Part shown: positions 43,546 through 52,333 of the stretch, one piece after another
Position numbering within the stretch: position 1 is the stretch's first letter
Layout: each line of letters begins with the position of its first letter
NCBI GenBank assembly: GCA_963758525.1
Contig: CAVWVQ010000003.1
Span: 3,936,001-4,000,000, forward strand
Origin: an uncultured Phycisphaerales bacterium
GTDB taxonomy: Bacteria; Planctomycetota; Phycisphaerae; Tepidisphaerales; Tepidisphaeraceae
DNA: 64,000 bases
Direction: 5' to 3'
Position numbers and translations under genes: made by a program
Notes under the pieces: generated by a model
Database searches by the model: none
What the model was told of the DNA's origin: nothing
Seen by the model: the letters and a program-made list of their open reading frames with translations, nothing else

Positions 43546-44724
43546 TTACGAGCCGACCTTCGCCATCGTAGATACAGGTTCAATGGTGGCGCGCATGCCG
43601 TCCGCTCCCGCGAAGACACCGTCGGCAATTCGCCGCAAGTCGTAGGTGCCAACTTCGCATGTCACCGTGAGCAGCGTGTCATTTAGCGTGCATACGAAGT
43701 TTCCCTCGGCATAGCTCCCATAATCGCCTTCACGTTGAAGAATAAGGTATGAAGTACAGAGACCGCTGGGGAAGCCGGAGAGGGCGATTATGAAACCATC
43801 TTTGCGCTCGTACCGAGTCGCTAAACAATCCAAAAAACCGTTCGTATAGTTGGCGATAACACTTGCAAAATAGGCCAGAGTATCCACGGCGTCCGCCGCA
43901 AACGGTTGTTCTTGGGCTGATGTTACGATAACCACGCCCGCTCGCTCGACTGTGCAGGGGCGCTTAATGTGCGAGAAGACAAACTTTTCGGGAGGGCTAT
44001 CGCACGGCCTCTCCTGTTCTGACGGCTTGAGAAGTTGCCGGCAATTGTCGACGCTCTGCTCGAAGCATGACTTCGAGGCAAAACAATAAGCGGCAAGTTC
44101 GTTGACGTCAGTTGTTCCGATTCTCTTAGGGAGTCCTTCCGTGATTCCTGACGCGTAATTGAGCTGAAGAGTCCCGCTCTTGCAGCCGAATTCGTTTAGC
44201 CTGCGAAACCCATTGAGGAACCACACCTGAATCGAGAACTGGCCCGACTCAACGCCCAAAATCAGCTGAATGCTCTCCTGAAGCTTAGCGATGATCGGTT
44301 TCAGTCCGTCCGCAAAGAGGGTTTCCATATCCACATCGGCGAGCGCGCGCACATTATCGCACTTGCGTGCGTTCAGAATATCGAACAACGACCGGACCAA
44401 GCGATATGACTCCGATCGGCGGCGAATCTCGCGATTACAGGCATTGAGGCGATCCGTCATTTCGACCGCCTCGGCGAGGGCAAGTGCGGGGGACGCGACC
44501 TGTTGCGCCACTAGGTAAAGCGCGAGGAACAAATGGACGGTCCCGAGAACGATCAGACACCAACCAGCTCCGGCGCTCGGCGGGGTGGCGGTCCACTTGT
44601 TGACCAGAACTGCTTCAAGGATTGGGAACAGCGCGGTACTCAGCACCAGCAGCACGACGTTCAAGGCTTTAGAGACAACGAGCTGTTGTTTCAGATGGTC
44701 CCAATAGATTGTCTGTTTACGCAT
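43546..44724 (-). CDS. Hypothetical protein: two N-terminal TM helices, coiled coil, possibly GAF-like soluble domain
   Basis: 392-aa ORF with non-host codon usage; hydrophobic helices near residues 22-41 and 55-73; GVVIVTS..PF..D...L..FASVI pattern. Confidence 0.65.
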   Translation of the reverse strand: MRKQTIYWDHLKQQLVVSKALNVVLLVLSTALFPILEAVLVNKWTATPPSAGAGWCLIVLGTVHLFLALYLVAQQVASPALALAEAVEMTDRLNACNREIRRRSESYRLVRSLFDILNARKCDNVRALADVDMETLFADGLKPIIAKLQESIQLILGVESGQFSIQVWFLNGFRRLNEFGCKSGTLQLNYASGITEGLPKRIGTTDVNELAAYCFASKSCFEQSVDNCRQLLKPSEQERPCDSPPEKFVFSHIKRPCTVERAGVVIVTSAQEQPFAADAVDTLAYFASVIANYTNGFLDCLATRYERKDGFIIALSGFPSGLCTSYLILQREGDYGSYAEGNFVCTLNDTLLTVTCEVGTYDLRRIADGVFAGADGMRATIEPVSTMAKVGS

Positions 44725-44849
44725 TAGGTGACCACATTATGTTACGCGGGACTCCAGCGATTGGTGGCGGCACCACAACGATCAACAGTCGCGTACGGCA
44801 ACTGGCGTACCTCTGCGCCAGTCAGACATTGGACCATGGACGCGGCCGA

Positions 44850-45040
44850 TACATTGCGTCTGCCCGTGATAGTGAAGGACTCGGACAAGCTCTTCACGTT
44901 CTGCGCGTGAATCGCGTGGAACCGACCAACGACCACTCCGAACGTTCGCTGCGTTTCCTGGCGATCATGCGCAAGATCCGCAGCGGCATCTTTAGTCGCA
45001 AAGCCAGCGGATCCCACAGTGTGCCCGCGTCGCTACTGCC
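44850..45040 (+). mobile_element. IS66-family transposase C-terminal remnant
   Basis: KLFTF (frameshift) LRVNRVEPTNDHSERSLRFLAIMRK resembles the IS66 TnpC EPTNNxAERxLR...RK motif. Confidence 0.7.
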
Positions 45041-45058
45041 GCATCAATGGCTTGAACT

Positions 45059-46405
45059 TTACGGGGTGGGAATAGCCGAAAGTTCCTTTCGAATTTGTTC
45101 GCCCGCTGCCTGAATTCCATTCGTGATGTCGATGTAGATGATTCCCTTCAGGTCTGACGGAATTTCGGTTTTCCCCTTGTGAAGAAGAATCACCCGACCA
45201 GAACGCCGACCAAGCATCCCATAAAAATAACCGAGTTCGAAGATAACGTTCTGGCGCGTGCGCTCGATTCGCGCCTTGTCACTCGTGCCGCCAACGTCGT
45301 CCGGCGTCACCAGCACGAAGGCCACGTCGATGTCTGAGGCGTATTCCTCGAATTTTTCGATAATGGTGCGCCCTGCGCTCGCCTGCTGATCAAGAATGAT
45401 CGGCTCCGGCATCTTCAAGACGTTCTGGAGATAATCCTTCAACCCGAGTTTTGCTGCTGGGTCGTGACCATGAACGATAAACGAACGGATTTTCTGAACC
45501 ATCAGAATTTTCCCTTTCTTTCGATATTGTAATGGCAGGATGGCCGGGGGATCAACATGCGCCAAACATGCTTGCCACCGCAGATCCGTTCTCAGCGCCA
45601 ACAGTACTGATGTCGCGGCTGTCTCCACGATTTCGAGGATGCCCGCTGCACGACACCTTTCGCGAATGACCTTGTACGAGAGGTCGTCACCGGCCGAAGG
45701 CACTGGGTGCGGCGATTCCAAGTACACCAAATCTGTCACGACCCCTGCGTCCAGTTCGTTAACAAAACTGGCAAAATATGACTCATTAATTACGGAATGC
45801 ATCCGGTTGCGCAGAACCGGATTCCGAGAACGAGGGACAAGCAATGGTAAGACATACGGGACGATGAACGCCTTGTCATTCAATCGTTCCGGGACCGCCG
45901 CCCACCGTTTTTCAAGGTCTTTCGGGATCGCGATCTTAACGCCGTCGAGTAGGCTGGCAACTCCCCGCCCCTTCTCAAGTCTTGCAATCCAATCTTTCTT
46001 GATGTCGTTAGTTGCGCTCGCTCGCCGTGTACGAAATGGCGGTATGTGCCCTCCCCGAAAACCTTTGTACGCGCGCGATTGATTCGACCCGCTGCGGTAT
46101 TGACTCAGTTTCTCATAACGAAATTCCTCCAGGCTACTACCGCTCCCCACGAGCCGGATCAAGCCCATCTCGTACACCGCCTGAAGTTCGTCCAGTATCA
46201 TTCGGCAATCTGCCGATTCGAGATAGGATGCGGCGGGCACAAGAACTTCCTCCGCAGCGAGAACAGCGAAGCGCGTGGCGAGTCTACACTCTCGAACGAG
46301 CGCCCCGCCGATCTGATCTGCCGACTTCATCTCTAAGAAATGGAGATCGAAGAAGTGAAGAAACAGTCGCGGAATCAGCCGCATTGGGGCGTTTCCGAGC
46401 GTCAT
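45059..46405 (-). CDS. Unknown ~300-aa domain fused to a Cap12/PycTIR-type TIR domain
   Basis: C-terminal FIVHGHD, GRTIIEKFE, VLVTPDD, RQNVIFELGYF (catalytic Glu), PSDLKGI. Confidence 0.88.
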   Translation of the reverse strand: MTLGNAPMRLIPRLFLHFFDLHFLEMKSADQIGGALVRECRLATRFAVLAAEEVLVPAASYLESADCRMILDELQAVYEMGLIRLVGSGSSLEEFRYEKLSQYRSGSNQSRAYKGFRGGHIPPFRTRRASATNDIKKDWIARLEKGRGVASLLDGVKIAIPKDLEKRWAAVPERLNDKAFIVPYVLPLLVPRSRNPVLRNRMHSVINESYFASFVNELDAGVVTDLVYLESPHPVPSAGDDLSYKVIRERCRAAGILEIVETAATSVLLALRTDLRWQACLAHVDPPAILPLQYRKKGKILMVQKIRSFIVHGHDPAAKLGLKDYLQNVLKMPEPIILDQQASAGRTIIEKFEEYASDIDVAFVLVTPDDVGGTSDKARIERTRQNVIFELGYFYGMLGRRSGRVILLHKGKTEIPSDLKGIIYIDITNGIQAAGEQIRKELSAIPTP

Positions 46406-46408
46406 GAT

Positions 46409-46918
46409 CTAACTAAAAAGAAGCAGTTGCGCGTCCTCGTGCTTACAAAACGCTCGAAAATCTCCGACCAACTTAGAGAACTCTTGGCAAAGCGGAATTG
46501 CTGCCCACGCCTGAAGTTCGTCCTCAAACGCTTCAGGCATGTCCTGGTAGAGATAAATACGCTTTGACTGAGCGAATGCGACAGCGATCTCCGCAAAGGT
46601 ATTGGGACCAACGTAATTCCTGATATCGTATTTGTCGCAATTAATGGCGACAACAGCAAATGTGGACGGGTGTCGAATTTTGCGCAAGTATTGATAGGAG
46701 ACTTTCCGCTTGAACAGCCGAAACTCTTCCGGCGTCAGAGAATGCTTGATGTGATCTTCCGCAACCGGGACGACTGTTGGGATACCTGAACGCTGGAGGA
46801 TTTTCTGAATGCGCAGCATTTCGCCGTATGCGCTCATGCTGCCGCAGAGCACAACACGCCACTGCATCCGCTGGCGGCCGATCCTGTTCTGCGGTTTAGT
46901 CGTTTTTGAATCGCCCAT
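46409..46918 (-). CDS. Nucleoside 2-deoxyribosyltransferase-like protein 2 (start 46918 or 46867)
   Basis: VVLCGSM...KI...AVVAIN.DK....YVGPNTFAEIAVAFAQSKRIYL, i.e. the G-x-x-T-x-x-E-x-x-x-A...K pattern. Confidence 0.7.
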   Translation of the reverse strand: MGDSKTTKPQNRIGRQRMQWRVVLCGSMSAYGEMLRIQKILQRSGIPTVVPVAEDHIKHSLTPEEFRLFKRKVSYQYLRKIRHPSTFAVVAINCDKYDIRNYVGPNTFAEIAVAFAQSKRIYLYQDMPEAFEDELQAWAAIPLCQEFSKLVGDFRAFCKHEDAQLLLFS

Positions 46919-47396
46919 GCAGCAAATCTTCCTCGGCCATTGAGTATTCGTCCGATCTTGCCTCAAAAATTCGCGTCAGTTTAACGGTGCCATCTGTAAT
47001 CTGACGCGCCAGGGCTTCAGCAGATACGATGCACGAATCAGGTACGGCGACCGGTAGGTCTGCTGGCTGATTCTCGAAAAAAATTGGCCGACCACACTGA
47101 ATGATGCGACCAACCTCGTAACACGTCGTTCGACCGATGTAACGTTCCGGCGAGACGACATACACCAAGTCGGAGCGGAGAATTCGGTGCAACGCAATCG
47201 TCTGGACCATCGGGTCATCTGCATGCGGAGGGTCAGACCGAAATCGAACGAAATCGATTCCCGGCTCGATAATTTCATCGCCCTGCGGCGAAGTGATCTC
47301 CATTGCGGCGTCGCGAAACACCTCTCGTGCGCGGCTGACTTGCGCGAGGTGTTGCTTAAAGCTCCCGATAATTGCAATTGTCTTGGGCCTTGGCAT
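46896..47396 (-). CDS. Nucleoside 2-deoxyribosyltransferase-like protein 1
   Basis: IAIIGSF...RILRSDLVYVVSP..YIGRTTCYEVG....RPIFF; GGAAG RBS. Confidence 0.7.
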   Translation of the reverse strand: MPRPKTIAIIGSFKQHLAQVSRAREVFRDAAMEITSPQGDEIIEPGIDFVRFRSDPPHADDPMVQTIALHRILRSDLVYVVSPERYIGRTTCYEVGRIIQCGRPIFFENQPADLPVAVPDSCIVSAEALARQITDGTVKLTRIFEARSDEYSMAEEDLLHGRFKND

Positions 47397-48634
47397 ATCA
47401 CTTCCATCCAAACGGAGCCAGATTTTACTGTGGCTCGGGCCACAGGGCCAAATTGGGGCGTACATGTACTGTACACTGCGGGTCCGCCCGTCAAATGATC
47501 CGTCTGCCGCCACGTCACTGAAATTGAGACATGGTCGGACCGGCGTCCTGCGGCATGATCGCACCCAATCGTCCAGTGGGGTTCGCATCTACGTCATACA
47601 ATCGCTGGCGTTCCTCCATTTCCTCCGCGACGTCGGTCTTTCGATCTTCAAAAGCCGGAAAAGCGACATCACTTGGACATCACTGATTTCTCGGTGTCGC
47701 CCTTTGCCCGCTTCCTGGTCCGCGCGGTGTGAACTTCAAGCCTGGGCAGCCCGTGGCTAAAGTCGCGTTCAGAGACCGACGACCGGTTCGACAACCTCAC
47801 CGCGGGCCTGTTCGACAAACTCACTGCAGGAATTCGCTCGGCTCCGTGCTGACGCGATGTTGATATTCCCCGGCGATCCCCTTTCAGTTCGCGCAGCTCG
47901 ACACGACCTCATTCACGGACCGTTGAGCGTCGCCAATCGCTCGAAGCCATCCGCGGAGGTCTTTGCGAGTTGTCCATTGCAGCCCGTGGTAAAAGTTCCC
48001 GGCATGCCGGGAATGCTTACAGCTTCGGGCCGGGCTCTACGTTGTCGGGACTTGCCCGTCCCGGCATGACTGCTGCGCCTCGACGCCTTGATCCCGGCCC
48101 GAATCCGCGGCGCACCGGCGCGCGGGACATTTACCAAGGGCTGCTGGGCCCCTCGTCAATTCCCCAGAGAAACAGGCAGTCCCAGCGTGCATTGAGCCGC
48201 TCGATGGCGGCCATCAGGACCACGCCGCCGTAGCCGAGGAAGAAAATGTGGTCGGCGATCGCTGCGAGATCCAGATGCCGTGAAGAAGCAATCCGAAGAG
48301 ACGGTTGCCACAGATGAAGATGATGAACAGATAAATCCGGGGAAACGCGCGATCGCGTTCACTTCATACTTCTCAAACCGACTCTGAATTTATCTGTGTC
48401 CATCTGACTTTGCATCTGTGGCAACATTCTTTGATTTGAGCATTCCTTGTCTGCAGTCGCTCGCTTCGTTCTGCATCATGATCGACTTTTCACTCAGGTC
48501 CACGCCCCGCAAGCGAGGCGGCTAAAGGAGACGGACTGCTCCGCAGCCAACGAGGCATAATCAGCGTCCGACCTGCCTGCGGCACTGGATTTTTTCGATC
48601 GATTGCAAGACCATCGGTGACACGGAGGTTCACA

Positions 48635-49189
48635 ATGCCCTTCTACAACTTTTACGGGGAATTTGGCGACGGAGATGATGACGGCAACAGCGAGTCAACA
48701 TCGCCCGGCTCATTTGAATATAAGGGTGCAACTGCCCAATTCAACGCTGACGATCTGAAGGGCGTCCCCGCCGTTGCCCTGGGAATGGTCTTGGCCGCTG
48801 GCATCGCAGAGATGCGGGTTCTCTACGACGGCGGAAGCGATGAGGGGTTCGCCCATGCCGACGACATGTGGATCAATGGTGACCGAAAAGTCGTCGATGA
48901 GATATGTGAGATGCTGGCTTCGCCGGCGAACGTTGATGCGATACGAGCCGCCGCAACCGAACCAGACGGTTCCCAATGGGGCGACGCGATCGCGCATTAC
49001 CGCAAGAAGGAACCTCGCAAGGTCGTCGCCGACGCCCTCGATGAGCTGGCCCACGAGATCGCATCGCAACTGCTCGGCTCCGGTTATGGCACGGGCGAGT
49101 ACGAGTTGTACGGCGCCGTGATGGTTGTCTTCGAAACCGGCGAGATGATCGACGACGCCAACGCGGAACGGCCCCTCGATCGGATGTGA
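48635..49189 (+). CDS. Acidic protein, DUF6878-like
   Basis: GGAGG RBS; GIAEMRVLYDGGSDEG motif; 4 nt upstream of the DUF6915-like gene. Confidence 0.6.
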   Translation: MPFYNFYGEFGDGDDDGNSESTSPGSFEYKGATAQFNADDLKGVPAVALGMVLAAGIAEMRVLYDGGSDEGFAHADDMWINGDRKVVDEICEMLASPANVDAIRAAATEPDGSQWGDAIAHYRKKEPRKVVADALDELAHEIASQLLGSGYGTGEYELYGAVMVVFETGEMIDDANAERPLDRM

Positions 49190-49193
49190 CTAC

Positions 49194-49631
49194 ATGGCGC
49201 ATCCGTGGCATCATGCCGTTCGCTCCGCCAAGCTCTTTGGGGGCTCTCCCGAAGATTATCTTGCGGTCCACAACTGGTTCGACGAATCGAAGGCGTTTGT
49301 GCCCGACATTCGGCATCGCGCACTACGGCATCATTCCGAGGGGATTTTCCTGTGCGAACGATTGCTGGGCATCACTCTGAAAAATTCCGCCGGTCGTGAG
49401 GTTCCGGTACGCCAGATCGGTGAACAACACGTCAAGGACGATCTCGGCTGGGTCCCAACCGCAAAAGATTGGCTCGTGCATCTGCGCGTTGAGCCCTGGA
49501 TGAGCCGAACACCGTTCAGGCCGTCGAGCGAAGAGGAGGATCAGGCTGCAAAGGATGCGGCAGCCATTCACGACGTGCGTTCGCAGCCAGGCGGCGTTGT
49601 CGTCCCGACTGAGGAAACTTCACGGAAATGA
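49194..49631 (+). CDS. DUF6915-like His-rich protein
   Basis: HPWHH..SAK.FGG..EDY..VH.WFD.SK....RHRALRHH..GIF..E...VPVR.IGEQHV..D.G..P...DWL. Confidence 0.8.
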   Translation: MAHPWHHAVRSAKLFGGSPEDYLAVHNWFDESKAFVPDIRHRALRHHSEGIFLCERLLGITLKNSAGREVPVRQIGEQHVKDDLGWVPTAKDWLVHLRVEPWMSRTPFRPSSEEEDQAAKDAAAIHDVRSQPGGVVVPTEETSRK

Positions 49632-49657
49632 CGTCGCGTGCCTGCGCGACGAATTCC

Positions 49658-49842
49658 GGAGACTATTGCCACAAAAGACACAAAGAGTGCAAAAGGGAAA
49701 AGCGGGAAAGTCTCGCTTTCTTCTTTTTTTGTGTTTTTTGAGTTGCTTCGTGGCAATTTCTCCTCGCGTGGCTGCTACCAAACAGAAAGAATGCAACCGC
49801 AGATGAACGCAAATGAACGCAGATCGAATGAAATCACTGAGA
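49658..49842 (+). repeat. 185-bp direct repeat, copy 1
   Basis: Near-identical to 50759-50943; contains a TTGCCAC...GTGGCAA hairpin and GATGAACGCA repeats. Confidence 0.92.
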
Positions 49843-50248
49843 CGACAATTTGATATACCGCACCCCTGGAAATCGGTGACGTTTCGCGTGGCAAGCGTCG
49901 CTCCGACGGAACGTGCAATCGCGGCGATCTGGGCATCCATCTGGCTGATCGGTCGGCCCGCGTGACGGCGGTCAGTGGCGATGGTGGCAAATAGGCGATG
50001 GCCGCCGCGCTGTCGAAGTCTAGAATCCGCCCGGCAAAGTCCTGTGCGAGCATGCTGTCCAATGCGACCTTAAACTGCTGACGCCTTTGACCGAGTGGAA
50101 GAATTTCGATGCCGTATCGCAGTTCCGCTTCCGTGATGGCGCTGAGGAAGCAATCCGCCGGGGACCGCGCTGCGAGCCACGCTTCCACTTTCGCCTCGGG
50201 GGCAGGCTTCATGAGTTCTGAGATGACATTGGTGTCGAGCAGGATCAT
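49843..50248 (-). pseudogene. vapC: VapC PIN-domain toxin, frameshifted and 3'-truncated
   Basis: MILLDTNVISE, ITEAEL; the second frame has DAQIAAIA...ATRNVTDF; ends at the repeat without the usual NPW. Confidence 0.8.
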
Positions 50249-50505
50249 TGACCAATGTCCAGCGGCTGGGGCATCGGGTCCCTGATCGGTTCGGCCAATT
50301 CAATGCCGCCCAGCGCACCAAAGCGGCTTCGAATGGATGCCGCAAGAGTCATGTTTGCGTTTCCGCGTGGCGGGGCGCTTTCCAAGCCCAAACCCGCCTT
50401 CATCGCTTCGACTGCAACTTGATCGACAGGGCGGTGTTGCTCGTCGGCTTTTCTCCGAAGCGCGGCGTCAAGGTCGGGCGGGATATCCCGAAGCGTCAAT
50501 GTCAT
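50245..50505 (-). CDS. FitA/VapB-like ribbon-helix-helix antitoxin
   Basis: MTLTLRDIPPDLDAALRRKA...LAASIRSRFGALGGIEL; ATGA overlap with vapC. Confidence 0.8.
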   Translation of the reverse strand: MTLTLRDIPPDLDAALRRKADEQHRPVDQVAVEAMKAGLGLESAPPRGNANMTLAASIRSRFGALGGIELAEPIRDPMPQPLDIGQ

Positions 50506-50758
50506 GGCGACATTTTATCCATCCCCGTGCGGGCCGGCAACGACAAGCAGAAGTGGCAACTCCAAGCATTCATGGCGTCATTGGGCTCTCGAGTGCACTC
50601 AAGACAGTTGTGTTGATATGAGTTGCCGCACGATTGGTGCCGCACCCGGCAGATTGACAGCGCGTACTGGCGCAACGTCATTTAGTGTAGCCGGCGAGCA
50701 TGCTCGCCGTGGTCCTTGTAGGGCGCGGGATGCGAAGCACACGTTGCAGCCACTTGGG

Positions 50759-50943
50759 GGAGACTATTGCCACAAAAGACACAAAAAGCGCAAAAGGGAA
50801 AAGCGGGAAAGTCTCGCTTTCTTCTTTTTTTGTGTTTTTTGAGTTGCTTCGTGGCAATTTCTCCTCGCGTGGCTGCTACCAAACAGAAGGAAGGCAACCG
50901 CAGATGAACGCAAATGAACGCAGATCGAATGAAATCACTGAGA
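50759..50943 (+). repeat. 185-bp direct repeat, copy 2
   Basis: Near-identical to 49658-49842. Confidence 0.92.
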
Positions 50944-50981
50944 AGATCATGGATGTTAAACGCATCGTACGAAGTCTTTGA
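50904..50981 (+). pseudogene. Collapsed GxxExxY-family gene (only the first and last codons remain)
   Basis: MNANERRSNEITEKIM|DVKRIVRSL*, flanked by inverted ATGAACGC-type repeats. Confidence 0.55.
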
Positions 50982-51041
50982 TCAATCCGCGTTCATCGGC
51001 GTTTATCCGCGGTTCAATCTCTCTTCTGCTTTGATCCGCGG

Positions 51042-51326
51042 TCAAATTCTTCTCTTTGGATTGCGGGCGCAGCCAGCGCCGCGAAATCCGCGGTTCATGG
51101 CCTCAAACAGCTTCTGCAGCTCTTCCAGATCGTCATAGCTGGACTTTGAGTAATCCCGCAGTCGGGTGCCGGGGACGAATGGAGTGGCGTCGAGGAGTTG
51201 GTCGAGCCGGATGGCTTGCTCGGGGGTGAGCCGGCGCGGGTCGAAACGCTCCTTCGGCGGGACGCCGCGGACCTGGGCGGCAAGAGTTCTCTCGGCTTTG
51301 TGCAGACGATGTTGCGATGAGGGCAT
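51042..51326 (-). CDS. Small hypothetical protein
   Basis: AAAGGAG RBS; co-oriented downstream of the HTH gene. Confidence 0.55.
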   Translation of the reverse strand: MPSSQHRLHKAERTLAAQVRGVPPKERFDPRRLTPEQAIRLDQLLDATPFVPGTRLRDYSKSSYDDLEELQKLFEAMNRGFRGAGCARNPKRRI

Positions 51327-51356
51327 GACCAAAATCTCCTTTGAGGGTGTGCGGGT

Positions 51357-51791
51357 TCACGCGGAAGCGTTTGCGTCCTTCAACTGTTTGGCGATGGCGG
51401 CCTGGCCGGCCTCGATGGCTTCGAAGCGGCCGGTGACTTCGGTGAGCTCGAACCCGCGGAGGCTGAATTGCAGGATCTTGCCGATGGCGCACAGCCGGAC
51501 CGAAGGCGGCAGCTCTGCATTGTTGGCGATGTTCCAGCTGATCTGGACGGCGCTGGGCGAGACGGCATTGGCAAACCGCACGGCCCGTTCCAGCACCTCC
51601 CGGCGGGCATGGCGATGGGCGAGCTGGAATGCCGGATCGTGGTGGATCCAGCGGTGGGCGGTGCGTGCCGAAATTCCGCACGCTTGGGCGGCCTTTGCGG
51701 TGGTCGGCTGAACCATCAGGGCCGCGATCAACTGTTCCTTCTTGCCTGCGCGGCTGCCCTGCGGTTTGGATGTATTGCCGGTGTCGCTCAC
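51357..51791 (-). CDS. Phage/satellite-type HTH protein (terminase-small-subunit-like architecture)
   Basis: CAGGAGG RBS with GTG start; IAALM..PTTAKAAQACGISARTAHRW...PAF, VRLCAIGKIL, C-terminal coiled coil. Confidence 0.65.
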   Translation of the reverse strand: MSDTGNTSKPQGSRAGKKEQLIAALMVQPTTAKAAQACGISARTAHRWIHHDPAFQLAHRHARREVLERAVRFANAVSPSAVQISWNIANNAELPPSVRLCAIGKILQFSLRGFELTEVTGRFEAIEAGQAAIAKQLKDANASA

Positions 51792-52046
51792 GGTAACCTC
51801 CTGTGTTGCGGCGGACGATATGAAACATGGGACGGCCCGCTCAACGTTTACTTTTGTTCGGCAGCCGAAAAGCGGAATCGACGAGGAAGCTCGCACGAGC
51901 CCGCCAGTTACATAAAGATATGTATATTCATCTATTTTACTTGATTGGAAAAGTGTGCCATTTCGTGACATTTCGTGACATTTCGTGCCATTTCGGGGCG
52001 AGGGCTTCCTCCGAGCGGGCGTCATCCCTGCGTGAGCGGCGTTCTG

Positions 52047-52160
52047 AATCCTTTAGCCGCCTCGCTCGCGAGGCGTGTCCAGCGGCGCGGATGCTCGCTT
52101 GGCGCGGTTCGTGAAAATGCGCCACTGGACACGCCTCGCGAGCGAGGCGGCTAAAGGATT
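52047..52160. repeat. Large REP-like inverted repeat
   Basis: AATCCTTTAGCCGCCTCGCTCGCGAGGCGTGTCCAG...CTGGACACGCCTCGCGAGCGAGGCGGCTAAAGGATT; related half copies near 48500 and 57930. Confidence 0.85.
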
Positions 52161-52333
52161 TGGAGTGCTGCGCACGCAGGACTGAAGTGGGGCGTCGGAG
52201 AATCAAACTTTACCGCGCGGGGAGGAGCCGTAAGCTGCGACCGGCGCGGGGTGGCAAGGGTTGCGATGGACTTGCGCGGCTTCATGATGTGCGAGGCGCG
52301 TCGCCGCGGACGCCGGTTTGAAGAGGAAGCGCG

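Noticed and set aside
45059..47396. Calling the TIR operon CBASS, Pycsar or canonical Thoeris
   Set aside because: No nucleotidyltransferase or cyclase motifs and no SIR2-SLOG or macro-TM partner; the TIR is of the effector clade and its neighbours are NDT-like.
47590..48600. Additional genes upstream of the NDT operon
   Set aside because: Only short fragments and REP-like palindromes; no ORF with a start, RBS and motif could be supported.
51042..51791. Intact prophage
   Set aside because: No integrase, large terminase, portal, capsid or tail genes anywhere in the window.
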